Of a DNA stretch of 64,000 nucleotides, positions 27,950-36,659 are shown one piece after another. The position numbers and the translations under genes are program-made. Source of the stretch: Candidatus Latescibacterota bacterium (lineage in GTDB: Bacteria; Latescibacterota; UBA2968; UBA8231); contig OZ242005.1 of assembly GCA_965204725.1 (NCBI GenBank), positions 5,184,001 through 5,248,000 of the forward strand. The letters are read 5' to 3'. The number at the start of each line of letters is the position of its first letter. Position 1 is the first letter of the stretch. The notes under the pieces are model-generated. The model was not told the origin of the DNA, did no database searches, and saw only the letters and a program-made list of their open reading frames with translations.

Positions 27950-28212
27950 CGGCGTAGGTTTTTCTCCGAAAACCCGGTTCCAAACTTGCTCGCCAATTGT
28001 CGCGACAGCGTAGCGACAATTTCCTTTCCGTAATCGGCTCGTTGTCCTTGAAGAATCTCGTTCTGAATCCGCTTGCCGATTCTCCAGTAGAGACTCGTCA
28101 TACCTGCATTGATGGCCTGAGCAACTCCCGCACGGGTCTGCTCAATCATACTCTGCACATCGGCAAGCAAGCCATCCGGCGTGTCGATAATATCGAGATG
28201 TTCGTCGCTCAT
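27950..28212 (-). pseudogene. DUF1016/YhcG gene, N-terminal fragment interrupted by insertion
   Basis: INAGMTSLYWRIGKRI...RADYGKEIVATLSRQL..FGTGFSEKNLRR, then a stop inside the right TIR. Confidence 0.9.
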
Positions 28213-28261
28213 GTCCGATTGTCCTGAGAATTTACTGGAGACGAGACTGGCTAGCATACAC

Positions 28262-29071
28262 TCAAGCGGCGAAATACGCCCGCATTTTCTCCAGACCAAT
28301 CCGGGCGACGTCGGCCGGGTCCTCAGCCCACAGCCCCGGATTGAACAACTCCAACGACACAAACCCCTCGTAGCCCTGCGCTCGCGCCAGCCGCTCAATC
28401 GCGCGCAACGGCCCGGCCCCGTCGCCGGGCATCACCCGGTCGGCGTCGCTTTGTTCGGCAAAGGGCTTGTCGGCTGGCGCGTCGTTCCAGTGCCAGACCG
28501 CGACCTTGTCGCCCGGCACTTTGGCAATGCTCTCGATGGGGCCGCCGCCGCGCAGGATGTGGAACGGGTCCATAACCAGACTCGCATCGGGATGGTCGGC
28601 GTCCACGGCAATCTGCCAAGCTTGGTCAATGGTATGCACGCTTTGCACAAAGCCGAGGTACTCCATGGCTGGGCGCACGCCGATTTCCCGGCCCATCTCC
28701 AGCAAGGCGCGGTAATCGGCCCCGCCCCGGCTCAGGTCGCAGGGCGTCAGCGGTGGGCTGGCGACTATGAACTCGGCCCCCACCGCTACGGCCTGCGCCA
28801 TTCGCCGCCGAACCTCCTCCATAGCCTGCACCCGCGCCGCGCCCTCAGCCCCCAACCAGCCGTGGAGCGCGATGACGGTCGGCACGGCCAGCCCGTAGTC
28901 GGCTAGTGCCCGTCGCACATCTGCGAGCGAACCGCCCTGCTGCTCGTGCGCGGTCAAGTCGTCGTTCCACAGCTCAATGCCCCGGTAGCCGGTCTGCCCG
29001 GCAATGCGGATTTTCTCCAGCAGCGACGCCGGCCGGATCGTCGAAGTGTTGAGCGCGTATTGCACCGTCAT
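28262..29071 (-). CDS. Sugar phosphate isomerase/epimerase (xylose isomerase-like TIM barrel, IolI-like)
   Basis: GYRGIELW, PAMEYLG, DPFH, HWND, DRVMPGDG, SLELFN. Confidence 0.85.
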   Translation of the reverse strand: MTVQYALNTSTIRPASLLEKIRIAGQTGYRGIELWNDDLTAHEQQGGSLADVRRALADYGLAVPTVIALHGWLGAEGAARVQAMEEVRRRMAQAVAVGAEFIVASPPLTPCDLSRGGADYRALLEMGREIGVRPAMEYLGFVQSVHTIDQAWQIAVDADHPDASLVMDPFHILRGGGPIESIAKVPGDKVAVWHWNDAPADKPFAEQSDADRVMPGDGAGPLRAIERLARAQGYEGFVSLELFNPGLWAEDPADVARIGLEKMRAYFAA

Positions 29072-29093
29072 GTTGTTTCCTTTCTCGTTGTTG

Positions 29094-30116
29094 TTAGGCC
29101 ACACATAAAAAATCCTTTCCCTCGATCAGCCCCAATCCAGCCAACGCTTCCCGAATCAGCACCCGCGCCCCCCGCGACGCCACCGCCGACAAGAGGAACG
29201 GCCGCTCGTGACGCGCCCACCAAGCCGGCAAGTCTTCCGGCCCGATCACCGGCTTGCGCCGCAAGGTGCCGCCGATTTTCTTGGGGGCAATATCGACAAA
29301 TACGTTGGGAGCACGGCCTTCGCGCTCCAAGTGTTTGGCGAGCCGCCGGCCAGTCTTGCCCGCCCCCCATACTACCAGCCCGTCCCGCTCTTGCAGCGGC
29401 CCGGCGCAAAGGTAGTGCGCTTTGGCGCGGAGGAAGTTCTCCACGGAGTAGCGGCTCTGTACGTGCGTGGCTCGCCGCGGATGCTCGCGCCAATAGTGCA
29501 AGACCTCCGGCACCTTGGCAAAGCGCCGGCCCGCCGCCCGATAGCGCAACCACAGATCGTAGTCTTCCGGCCATCCCCGATCTTGATACCCCCCCAAGGC
29601 CACCAATTCCTCGCGGCGCATCATGGCCGACGGATGGGCGATGGGACTTTCGATGAAAAACTCTCGTTCAATGGCCGCGCTATCTACCAAGCCGTTTAGC
29701 CACGCCTCATACACCCGCATCCCCTCCCCGGTCGCGGCCCGCGGAAAGATCTCCACCAGACAGCTCACGACACTCAAATTGCGATCTGCTTCCAACCACG
29801 CGAGTTGTTTTTCCAAGCGCTCGGGGTGCATTCGGTCGTCGGCGTCCATGCGCGCCACGTATTCGCCCCGACACCACGGCAAGCCCCGGTTCGGCGCCGC
29901 GACAATGCCCCCGTGGTCGGCGAGCAACGCCCGAAAGCGGCCATCGCGACGACTCCATTCCAAGAGCATGTCCCCACTCTCGTCCTCCGAGCCGTCGTCT
30001 ATGCCGACGACCTCAAAGTCTTCCCAGCTCTGCGCTTGGATGCTCGCCAGTGTTTCCGGCAGGGTGGCGGCTGCGTTGAACACGGGTAGTAGTACTGATA
30101 CGCGGGGCGTTTTCAT
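29094..30116 (-). CDS. Glycosyltransferase family 2
   Basis: VSVLLPVFN, IDDGSED, ARMDADD, EDYDLWLR. Confidence 0.9.
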   Translation of the reverse strand: MKTPRVSVLLPVFNAAATLPETLASIQAQSWEDFEVVGIDDGSEDESGDMLLEWSRRDGRFRALLADHGGIVAAPNRGLPWCRGEYVARMDADDRMHPERLEKQLAWLEADRNLSVVSCLVEIFPRAATGEGMRVYEAWLNGLVDSAAIEREFFIESPIAHPSAMMRREELVALGGYQDRGWPEDYDLWLRYRAAGRRFAKVPEVLHYWREHPRRATHVQSRYSVENFLRAKAHYLCAGPLQERDGLVVWGAGKTGRRLAKHLEREGRAPNVFVDIAPKKIGGTLRRKPVIGPEDLPAWWARHERPFLLSAVASRGARVLIREALAGLGLIEGKDFLCVA

Positions 30117-30180
30117 GGTTGCAAGTTTAAGCGCTCGACCTAAGTACGCGACCCTTACGTTGCGTAGCCTTTTCTGGTGT

Positions 30181-30241
30181 TGCCGCTGCGTCCGGGATCG
30201 AGGGCGTCCCGCCCTCGACGAGGGCAAGATGCCCTCGATCC
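30181..30241. repeat. REP-like palindromic element, copy 1
   Basis: 61 bp with 60/61 identity to the reverse complement of 43725-43785; paired GAGGGC..GCCCTC hairpins. Confidence 0.85.
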
Positions 30242-30314
30242 CGGGGAGGGTGGCCGCGGATGGCTCGTGGTACGGTGCTTGACATTCTTTTGCTCAATGC
30301 CCGATTTTTAATCT

Positions 30315-31076
30315 ATGATACATCTCAAATCGCCCGTGGAAATGGACCGCATCCGCGCCAGTTGCCGCATCGCCGCCGAAGCCATGCTGCGCGTGGAGGA
30401 AGCCCTCGCGCCCGGCGTCACCACCCGCTCCCTAGACCGAATAGCCGACCGCTACATCCGCAGCCAAGGAGCGGTTGCCAGCGCCTTGGGCTACCGCGGC
30501 TTTCCCCGCAGCATCTGCATCTCGGTCAACGACGAAGTCGTCCACGGTATCCCCGGCGACCGCGTCCTGCAAGAAGGGGACATCCTCGCCGTTGACATTG
30601 CCGTTAAAAAGGACGGCTTTCACGGCGACATGAACGTCACCATGAAAACCGGCTGCGTACCCCCCCAAACCCAACGCCTGCTCGACGCCACGCGCCAGAG
30701 CTTGGAGGAGGGATTGGCCGCCTGTACGCCCGGGCGACGCCTCGGCGACATTGGCCACGCCATCCAAAGCTATGTCGAAGCGCACGGCTTTTCCATCGTG
30801 CGCACGTACTGCGGCCATGGCATTGGTCGCAACTTCCACGAGGAGCCCCAGTTGCTCCACTACGGCACGGCCGGCACGGGCCGCCGCCTGCAAAGCGGCA
30901 TGGTCTTTACCATCGAGCCGATGGTCAACGAGGGCGGCTACGACACGCGCGTACTCGACGACGATTGGACGGCCGTCACGGCCGACGGCAAGCTCTCGGC
31001 TCAATACGAGCACACCGTGGCTGTCACCGACAACGGGCCGGATGTGCTGTCGCGCTTTGCCGACTTGCCGTACTGA
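30315..31076 (+). CDS. map: Methionine aminopeptidase type I
   Basis: CISVNDEVVHGIP, DGFHGD, GHGIGRNFHEEP, FTIEPM, AQYEHT. Confidence 0.97.
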   Translation: MIHLKSPVEMDRIRASCRIAAEAMLRVEEALAPGVTTRSLDRIADRYIRSQGAVASALGYRGFPRSICISVNDEVVHGIPGDRVLQEGDILAVDIAVKKDGFHGDMNVTMKTGCVPPQTQRLLDATRQSLEEGLAACTPGRRLGDIGHAIQSYVEAHGFSIVRTYCGHGIGRNFHEEPQLLHYGTAGTGRRLQSGMVFTIEPMVNEGGYDTRVLDDDWTAVTADGKLSAQYEHTVAVTDNGPDVLSRFADLPY

Positions 31077-31132
31077 GTTGCCGAGCGGCGGCATTTTCTT
31101 ATTTTTTAAGTTCATTTCGCAAGGAGAATAGT

Positions 31133-31426
31133 ATGGCACGGCCCGCAAAAGCCCAATCCAACGTCGATGACGACAACGCTGAATTTTCGTTTGACCCCGG
31201 GACGCAGATCGAGCTAGAAATCGAAGACACCTGCTGCATCACGGACGAGCCGGTCGAATTCAGCTTTTGTCGCTTCCCCGACTACAAAAACGGCACCCTG
31301 ATGGTCATGTCGAAGAGCGCGATGCTCAAGCACCTGCGCGCCGGCGACTCCATCGCCCGGTTCAAAGAGGTGCTGGTCCAGCGCCACGGCGAGCAAGTCT
31401 TAGTGGAGCACTACTCCAACTACTAA
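31133..31426 (+). CDS. Small hypothetical protein (97 aa)
   Basis: AAGGAG RBS, strongly GC3-biased codons, downstream terminator. Confidence 0.7.
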   Translation: MARPAKAQSNVDDDNAEFSFDPGTQIELEIEDTCCITDEPVEFSFCRFPDYKNGTLMVMSKSAMLKHLRAGDSIARFKEVLVQRHGEQVLVEHYSNY

Positions 31427-31451
31427 GGCGACGCGCAACCTACATGTACAT

Positions 31452-31494
31452 GCAAAGAAGGGATGGTCCCACGGCGGACCATCCCTTCTTTTGC
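31452..31494. terminator. Bidirectional intrinsic terminator
   Basis: AAAGAAGGGATGGTCC-cacggc-GGACCATCCCTTCTTT between convergent genes. Confidence 0.8.
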
Positions 31495-31506
31495 TCGGCC
31501 GCCGCG

Positions 31507-32070
31507 CTACGAGCGAGCCAACAGTGCCTCGATATCCTCGCCAAATACCCCGCGGGGATTGGGCCGGCCGCTCCGGTCGCGCGGTACGCCTAAGTGCATC
31601 TTGTACACGCGGCCTTCGCGATCAAAAATAAAGGTCAGCGGTACGCCCATCCGCCTTAAACTCTCTTTGTAGAAGGCGCGGAGCAGCTCGTGTTGGCCGT
31701 CGTGAACCACCGGGTAGTTGATGGCCAAACGCTCGACGAACTCGCCTATTAGGGGAAGGACGCGCTCGGCCGGGCCTTGGTCTATGGAAATGCCGATGAT
31801 CGCCACCTGCTCGGGGTCGTACTCACTGCTCATCTCGACCAAGGCGGGGATTTCGTAGCGGCACGGGCCGCACCAAGTCGCCCAGAAGTTGACGAGAACG
31901 ACCTTGCCCTCGTAATCGCGCAAATCCACGCTCTGCCCCTGATAGTCGTTCCACTGCGCCGCCTGTGGGGGGAAGAGCTTGTCCCCCTTTGGCTCGGGCT
32001 CGGGGGAACTACAGCCGAGGGCTAGGAGTGCCAACCCACTCACAATCCCGCGGAGCACCATTGTGTGCAT
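31507..32070 (-). CDS. TlpA family thiol-disulfide oxidoreductase lipoprotein
   Basis: Lipobox LALGC; VNFWATWCGPC. Confidence 0.9.
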   Translation of the reverse strand: MHTMVLRGIVSGLALLALGCSSPEPEPKGDKLFPPQAAQWNDYQGQSVDLRDYEGKVVLVNFWATWCGPCRYEIPALVEMSSEYDPEQVAIIGISIDQGPAERVLPLIGEFVERLAINYPVVHDGQHELLRAFYKESLRRMGVPLTFIFDREGRVYKMHLGVPRDRSGRPNPRGVFGEDIEALLARS

Positions 32071-32083
32071 AGTACGTCCTAAT

Positions 32084-35000
32084 TCAACTATTGGAATGGT
32101 GGAAGCTCACGGGGGCTTGCACCTTGGGCGTCAGCCGGGTGGCTCGGGGGCCGATTAGTTCCTCAATGCCGCGCAGCAAATCGTCGCAGGGATCGACGCG
32201 AATCGTCTTGGAGCGCACCATTTTGTCTTGCTCGTCGCCGTTTTTGAGCTGGAGCCACAGCTCGCAATCGCCCAAGTGGCTCTCGCAGAGGCGACGCAGC
32301 CGGCCGAGCAGGGGGTCGCCTACTTTTTGGTAGGGCAGCGACAAGGTGACGGACTTGGTCAGTTCGGCCCGCGCCGATTTGAGGGGCAGGGCGCGGTCAG
32401 CCTGTAGGTTCAGGCGTCCGTGGCGCTCGCAAACGCGGCCCTCTACGAGAATGGGTTCGCCCTCCACGAGCAGCGGTTGGTGGCTGGCGAAGGCTTCGGC
32501 GAAAAACGCAATATCGCCCGTGCCGTTGAGGTCTTTGAGCGTGACGAAGGCAAAGGGATTGCCGCGGCGGTCGAAGAGCTGGCGCACCTCCTCGACTAGG
32601 CCGCCAACTCGCAGCGGCACCCCGTTGCGCTGCTCTTCTATCTTGCTCAGGGGCTGAGCGAAGTTTTTTAGGTCGCGGGCGTAGGGCTCGAGCGGATGGC
32701 TGGAGAGGTAGAACCCCAAGAGGTCGCGTTCCTTGGCCAGCTTTTCGCGCTCGGACCACTCCTCGATCTCGGGCAACTCCTGCACCAGCTCGGCCGAGCC
32801 GCCGGCGTCGAAGAGGCTAATCTGCCCCCGCTCGCGGTTTTCTTGGGCCTTGCCGGCGGCCTTTAAGGCCGACTCTAGCCCCTCCATTTGCTGGGCGCGA
32901 TGCCCTTCGAGGCCGTCCAATGCTCCCGCCGCAATCAAACTCTCGACTACGCGCCGGTTGACGGCCTGCAAGTCGATGCGCTCGCAGAATTCAAATAGGG
33001 TCGTAAAAGAGCCATCGGCAATCCGCGTATCGACCATGCTCTGCGCCGCGCCCTCGCCGACGTTTTTGATCGCCGCTAGGCCGTAGCGAATGCCCCCATC
33101 AGTCGGCGTAAAGTTGAGCGTGCTTTCGTTGACATCGGGGGACAGGACTGGGATGCCCATGCGGCGACATTCGTTCAGAAGCACGGTGAGGGTATCCGTG
33201 TTCTTGCGGGCGACGGTCAGGGAGGCCGCCATGTATTCCTTGGGATAGTGGGCCTTGAGGTACGCGTTTTTGTACGCGCCTTCGGCGTAGCAGGCCGCGT
33301 GCGACTTGTTGAAGGCGTAGCCGGCAAAAATCTCAATCTCCCCGAACAGCTTGTTGGCCAAGGCCCTTTCCACCTCGTGGGCGACGCAGCCGCCGACGAA
33401 GTCCTTTTTGACCTTCGCCATTTCCTCGGGCTTTTTCTTGCCCATGGCCTTCCGCAAGATGTCGGCTTGCCCGAGGGTGAAACCGGCCAGCTCTTGGGCG
33501 ATGCGCATGACCTGCTCCTGATAGACCATAATTCCATACGTTGGCTCCAAAATCGACTCCAACTTGGGGTGGTCGTAGGAGACGGCCTCTTCGCCGCGCT
33601 TGCGGGCGATGAAGGTCGGGATATTGTCCATCGGCCCCGGGCGATAGAGGGCGTTCATGGCGATGATGTCTTCGATGTCGTCCGGCTTGAGCTTGCTCAA
33701 GTATTCGCGCATCCCGGCGGACTCAAACTGGAAAACGCCGATTGTATGGCCGCGCCCAAACAGGTCGAAAGTGGCCCGGTCGTCCCAAGGGATGGCTTCC
33801 AAGTCAAAGGTCGGCTCCTTGAGCTGAATCAGGCGCACGGCTTCATCGACCAGCGAAAGCTCCTTCAAGCCCAAGATGTCCATCTTGAGCAAGCCGATGT
33901 CCATGCAGGTCTCGCCGACGAACTGGGTAGTTATGGTCCCGTCTTTCGGGGCGCGATAGAGCGGCACGTAGTTGATGAGCTCGCCCGGGGCGATGATCAC
34001 GGCGCAGGCGTGGACTGAAGCGTGGCGCGCCATGCCTTCCAACCGGCGGGCGTATTCGACCAGCTTGCTCTCGTCGCCGGACGCTTGGGCGAGCTGCTGT
34101 AGCTCAGGCACCCGCTCAATGGCCTTGTCGAGGGTAATTTTTAGTTCGGCCGGCACCTGCTTGGCAATGCGATCGACCTCGCCAAAGGGCAGGCCCAAGA
34201 CCCGCCCAACGTCGCGCACGACCGCTTTGGCGCCCATCGTCCCAAACGTGATGACCTGCGAGACGTTGTCCTTGCCGTACTTATCCACTACGTAGCGCAG
34301 CACCTCGTCGCGCCGGGTGTCGTCAAAGTCGATGTCGATATCGGGCGGCTCAATGCGCTCGGGATTGAGGAAGCGCTCGAAGATCAGGTCGTACTTGATG
34401 GGATCTACATTGGTAATGTTGAGGCAATACGAGGCCAAGCAGCCGGCGGCCGAGCCGCGCCCCGGCCCCACGGAGATGCCCTGCTGGCGGGCGTAGTTGA
34501 CCAAGTCCCAGACGATGAGGAAATAGCCGGAAAAATCTTGGCTGGTGATGACGCTTAGCTCGTAGTCGAGCCGCTCTTGCACGGCCGGATCGACCTTGCC
34601 GTAGCGCCGCTCCAAACCCTCCTGCGCCAGTTGCGTCAGATAGTCGTCGCTGGAGTCGTAGCCCGCCGGGATCGGAAAATCCGGCATGTAGGTCTTCCCG
34701 AATTCGAGCTCGACGTTGCACTTGTCGGCAATTTCGAGGGTCCGCTCCAGCGCGTCGGGCAAGTCTGCAAACAGGGACTGCATCTCGTCGGGACTCTTCA
34801 TGTAGAGGCCGTCGGGATAGCACAGGCGATTTTTCTCGCCCACCGTCTTGCCGGTCTGGATGCAGATTAGCGCGTCGTGGGCCGCGTGGTCTGTGGCGTG
34901 GAGGAAGTGGAAATCGTTGGTGGCGACCAGCGGCACCCCCAGCTTGCGATGCAGCTTGAGCAGGCCGTCGTTTACCTTGGCTTCGGGGTCGATGTCGTGG

Positions 35001-35539
35001 CGCTGGATCTCCAAGTAGTAATCCTCGCCAAAGATGTCCATGAATTCGCGGGCGACCTTTTCGGCCGCGGCCATCCCCTCGCGCTGAATGAGGTGCGGAA
35101 TCTCGCCGCCGATGCAGGCCGACATGCAGATTAGGCCCTCGGCGTGTTCGCGCAAAAGCTCCTTGTCGATGCGGGGATTGTAGTAGTAGCCTTCGAGATA
35201 GCCCTTGGAGACCAGCTTGGTTAGGTTGCGGTAGCCGGTGTCGTTTTTGGCCAGCAAAATTAGGTGGTTGGAGGCGTGCGTGAGGCCGCGGGCGGCTTGG
35301 CGCAAGTGGCGGCTATCAATCGCCACATAGACCTCGCAGCCGATGATGGGGTTAATGCCCGCGTCGCGGCAGGCCTTGTAGTGCTCGATGACGCCGAAAA
35401 GGTTGCCGTGATCGGTGAGAGCCAAGGCGGGCATGCCCTGCTCGGCCGCTAACTCGGCCATCTCGCCGATCCGACACGCGCCGTCGAGCAGGCTGTATTC
35501 GCTGTGACCGTGTAAATGGACGAAACCAGCCGAAGCCAT
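32084..35539 (-). CDS. dnaE: DNA polymerase III alpha subunit
   Basis: FVHLHGHSEYSLLDG PHP domain, GPGRGSAAG, PPDIDIDF, YAFNKSH; GGAGG RBS. Confidence 0.97.
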   Translation of the reverse strand: MASAGFVHLHGHSEYSLLDGACRIGEMAELAAEQGMPALALTDHGNLFGVIEHYKACRDAGINPIIGCEVYVAIDSRHLRQAARGLTHASNHLILLAKNDTGYRNLTKLVSKGYLEGYYYNPRIDKELLREHAEGLICMSACIGGEIPHLIQREGMAAAEKVAREFMDIFGEDYYLEIQRHDIDPEAKVNDGLLKLHRKLGVPLVATNDFHFLHATDHAAHDALICIQTGKTVGEKNRLCYPDGLYMKSPDEMQSLFADLPDALERTLEIADKCNVELEFGKTYMPDFPIPAGYDSSDDYLTQLAQEGLERRYGKVDPAVQERLDYELSVITSQDFSGYFLIVWDLVNYARQQGISVGPGRGSAAGCLASYCLNITNVDPIKYDLIFERFLNPERIEPPDIDIDFDDTRRDEVLRYVVDKYGKDNVSQVITFGTMGAKAVVRDVGRVLGLPFGEVDRIAKQVPAELKITLDKAIERVPELQQLAQASGDESKLVEYARRLEGMARHASVHACAVIIAPGELINYVPLYRAPKDGTITTQFVGETCMDIGLLKMDILGLKELSLVDEAVRLIQLKEPTFDLEAIPWDDRATFDLFGRGHTIGVFQFESAGMREYLSKLKPDDIEDIIAMNALYRPGPMDNIPTFIARKRGEEAVSYDHPKLESILEPTYGIMVYQEQVMRIAQELAGFTLGQADILRKAMGKKKPEEMAKVKKDFVGGCVAHEVERALANKLFGEIEIFAGYAFNKSHAACYAEGAYKNAYLKAHYPKEYMAASLTVARKNTDTLTVLLNECRRMGIPVLSPDVNESTLNFTPTDGGIRYGLAAIKNVGEGAAQSMVDTRIADGSFTTLFEFCERIDLQAVNRRVVESLIAAGALDGLEGHRAQQMEGLESALKAAGKAQENRERGQISLFDAGGSAELVQELPEIEEWSEREKLAKERDLLGFYLSSHPLEPYARDLKNFAQPLSKIEEQRNGVPLRVGGLVEEVRQLFDRRGNPFAFVTLKDLNGTGDIAFFAEAFASHQPLLVEGEPILVEGRVCERHGRLNLQADRALPLKSARAELTKSVTLSLPYQKVGDPLLGRLRRLCESHLGDCELWLQLKNGDEQDKMVRSKTIRVDPCDDLLRGIEELIGPRATRLTPKVQAPVSFHHSNS

Positions 35540-35646
35540 GATCACCTCCGCTACCTGTATGCGTTAGAAAAAACTCTGGATATGTTAGAAAGCACGGCCG
35601 CACAACGGGCCAAACTGCCTTGGGGAAGGGCATCGCCTCTTGGTGA

Positions 35647-35675
35647 AACATAGCCAATTCAAAAGGGGCTGTCAA
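35647..35675 (-). promoter_or_regulatory. Sigma70 promoter for dnaE
   Basis: TTGACA-17 bp-TATGTT on the minus strand. Confidence 0.6.
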
Positions 35676-35818
35676 TGACCTACAGCAGGGGTTGTTATTT
35701 TTATAAAATACTGTTATTATTTGACTTAAATTATTGTCCGCCGCTGGCAGAACGGGCCGGAACTCGCCGGCCCCGCGAACTTGTCGCTGAGAATAACTTT
35801 TTGCCGAGGAGATATCGG

Positions 35819-36067
35819 ATGATCGACGAAGAACTATTGGCGATTCTCGCCTGTCCCGAGACCAAAGAGCCGGTCGCTCTCGCCGCGGACGAACTCATTG
35901 CCGCGCTCAACAGCCGCATTGTGCGCGGAGAAGTCAAGAACCGAGCTGGCAAGACCGTAGAAGGCAAACTCGATGGCGGCCTAGTCCGGGCAGACGGCGC
36001 GTACCTCTATCCGATCCAGGACGAAATCCCCATCTTGCTCCTCGACGAGGCCATTCCACTCCGCTAG
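35819..36067 (+). CDS. Trm112 family protein
   Basis: MIDEELLAILACPETK...YPIQDEIPILLLDEA; GAGGAG RBS. Confidence 0.85.
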   Translation: MIDEELLAILACPETKEPVALAADELIAALNSRIVRGEVKNRAGKTVEGKLDGGLVRADGAYLYPIQDEIPILLLDEAIPLR

Positions 36068-36072
36068 CGTAT

Positions 36073-36106
36073 AAAAAAAGGGACTGTACGCTCGTACAGT
36101 CCCTTT
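36073..36106. terminator. Bidirectional terminator (tRNA-Leu / Trm112 gene)
   Basis: AAAGGGACTGTACG-ct-CGTACAGTCCCTTT with an A7 tract. Confidence 0.8.
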
Positions 36107-36120
36107 GCAACTTCTATTGA

Positions 36121-36205
36121 TGGTGCCGAAGCGGGGATTCGAACCCCGACGCCCGAAGGCACTGCCCCCTCAAGACAGCGTGTCTACCAATTTCACCACT
36201 TCGGC
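36121..36205 (-). tRNA. tRNA-Leu(GAG)
   Basis: GCCGAAGTGGTGAAATTGGTAGACACG CTGTC-TTGAGGG-GGCAG, long variable arm, GGTTCGAATCC, CCA; the usual position after secG. Confidence 0.95.
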
Positions 36206-36223
36206 ACAAAAACCGGTCGGATA

Positions 36224-36598
36224 CTACGGAGCCTCGGCCGGCTCCTCAGCGGTCGCCTCTTCCTGCTCGCCCAGCAGATGCTCTGTTTCCGGGATGGCGG
36301 GCACCGCAGGTGCTTGCTGCTCGGCCATCGTGCGTTGCGTCGCCGTCGTCGGGGTGGTCTCGGCCGTCTGAAAGGCCACCGACTGCACCAAACAACTCAG
36401 CATAAAGGCCGTGGCCAGCACGGTCGTGGCCTTGGTCAGGAACGTGGCTGCGGTGCGGCCGCCCAACACCGAGGAAGAGGCTAAACCACCGCCGATCGAT
36501 CCGGCTAGGCCACCGCCCTTGCCCGCCTGCAAGAGCACGGTCACGACTAGGAACAAGCAAATCAGCACGTGAAAAATCGTAAATAGAATCTCAAACAT
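36224..36598 (-). CDS. secG: Preprotein translocase subunit SecG
   Basis: VLLQAGKGGGLAGSIGGG...FLTKAT. Confidence 0.93.
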   Translation of the reverse strand: MFEILFTIFHVLICLFLVVTVLLQAGKGGGLAGSIGGGLASSSVLGGRTAATFLTKATTVLATAFMLSCLVQSVAFQTAETTPTTATQRTMAEQQAPAVPAIPETEHLLGEQEEATAEEPAEAP

Positions 36599-36659
36599 GG
36601 TCTCGTGATGGTTCCCCAAGTCTAGGAGTTGCGAATTATCGCCGCTTTCTAAGACAAAT

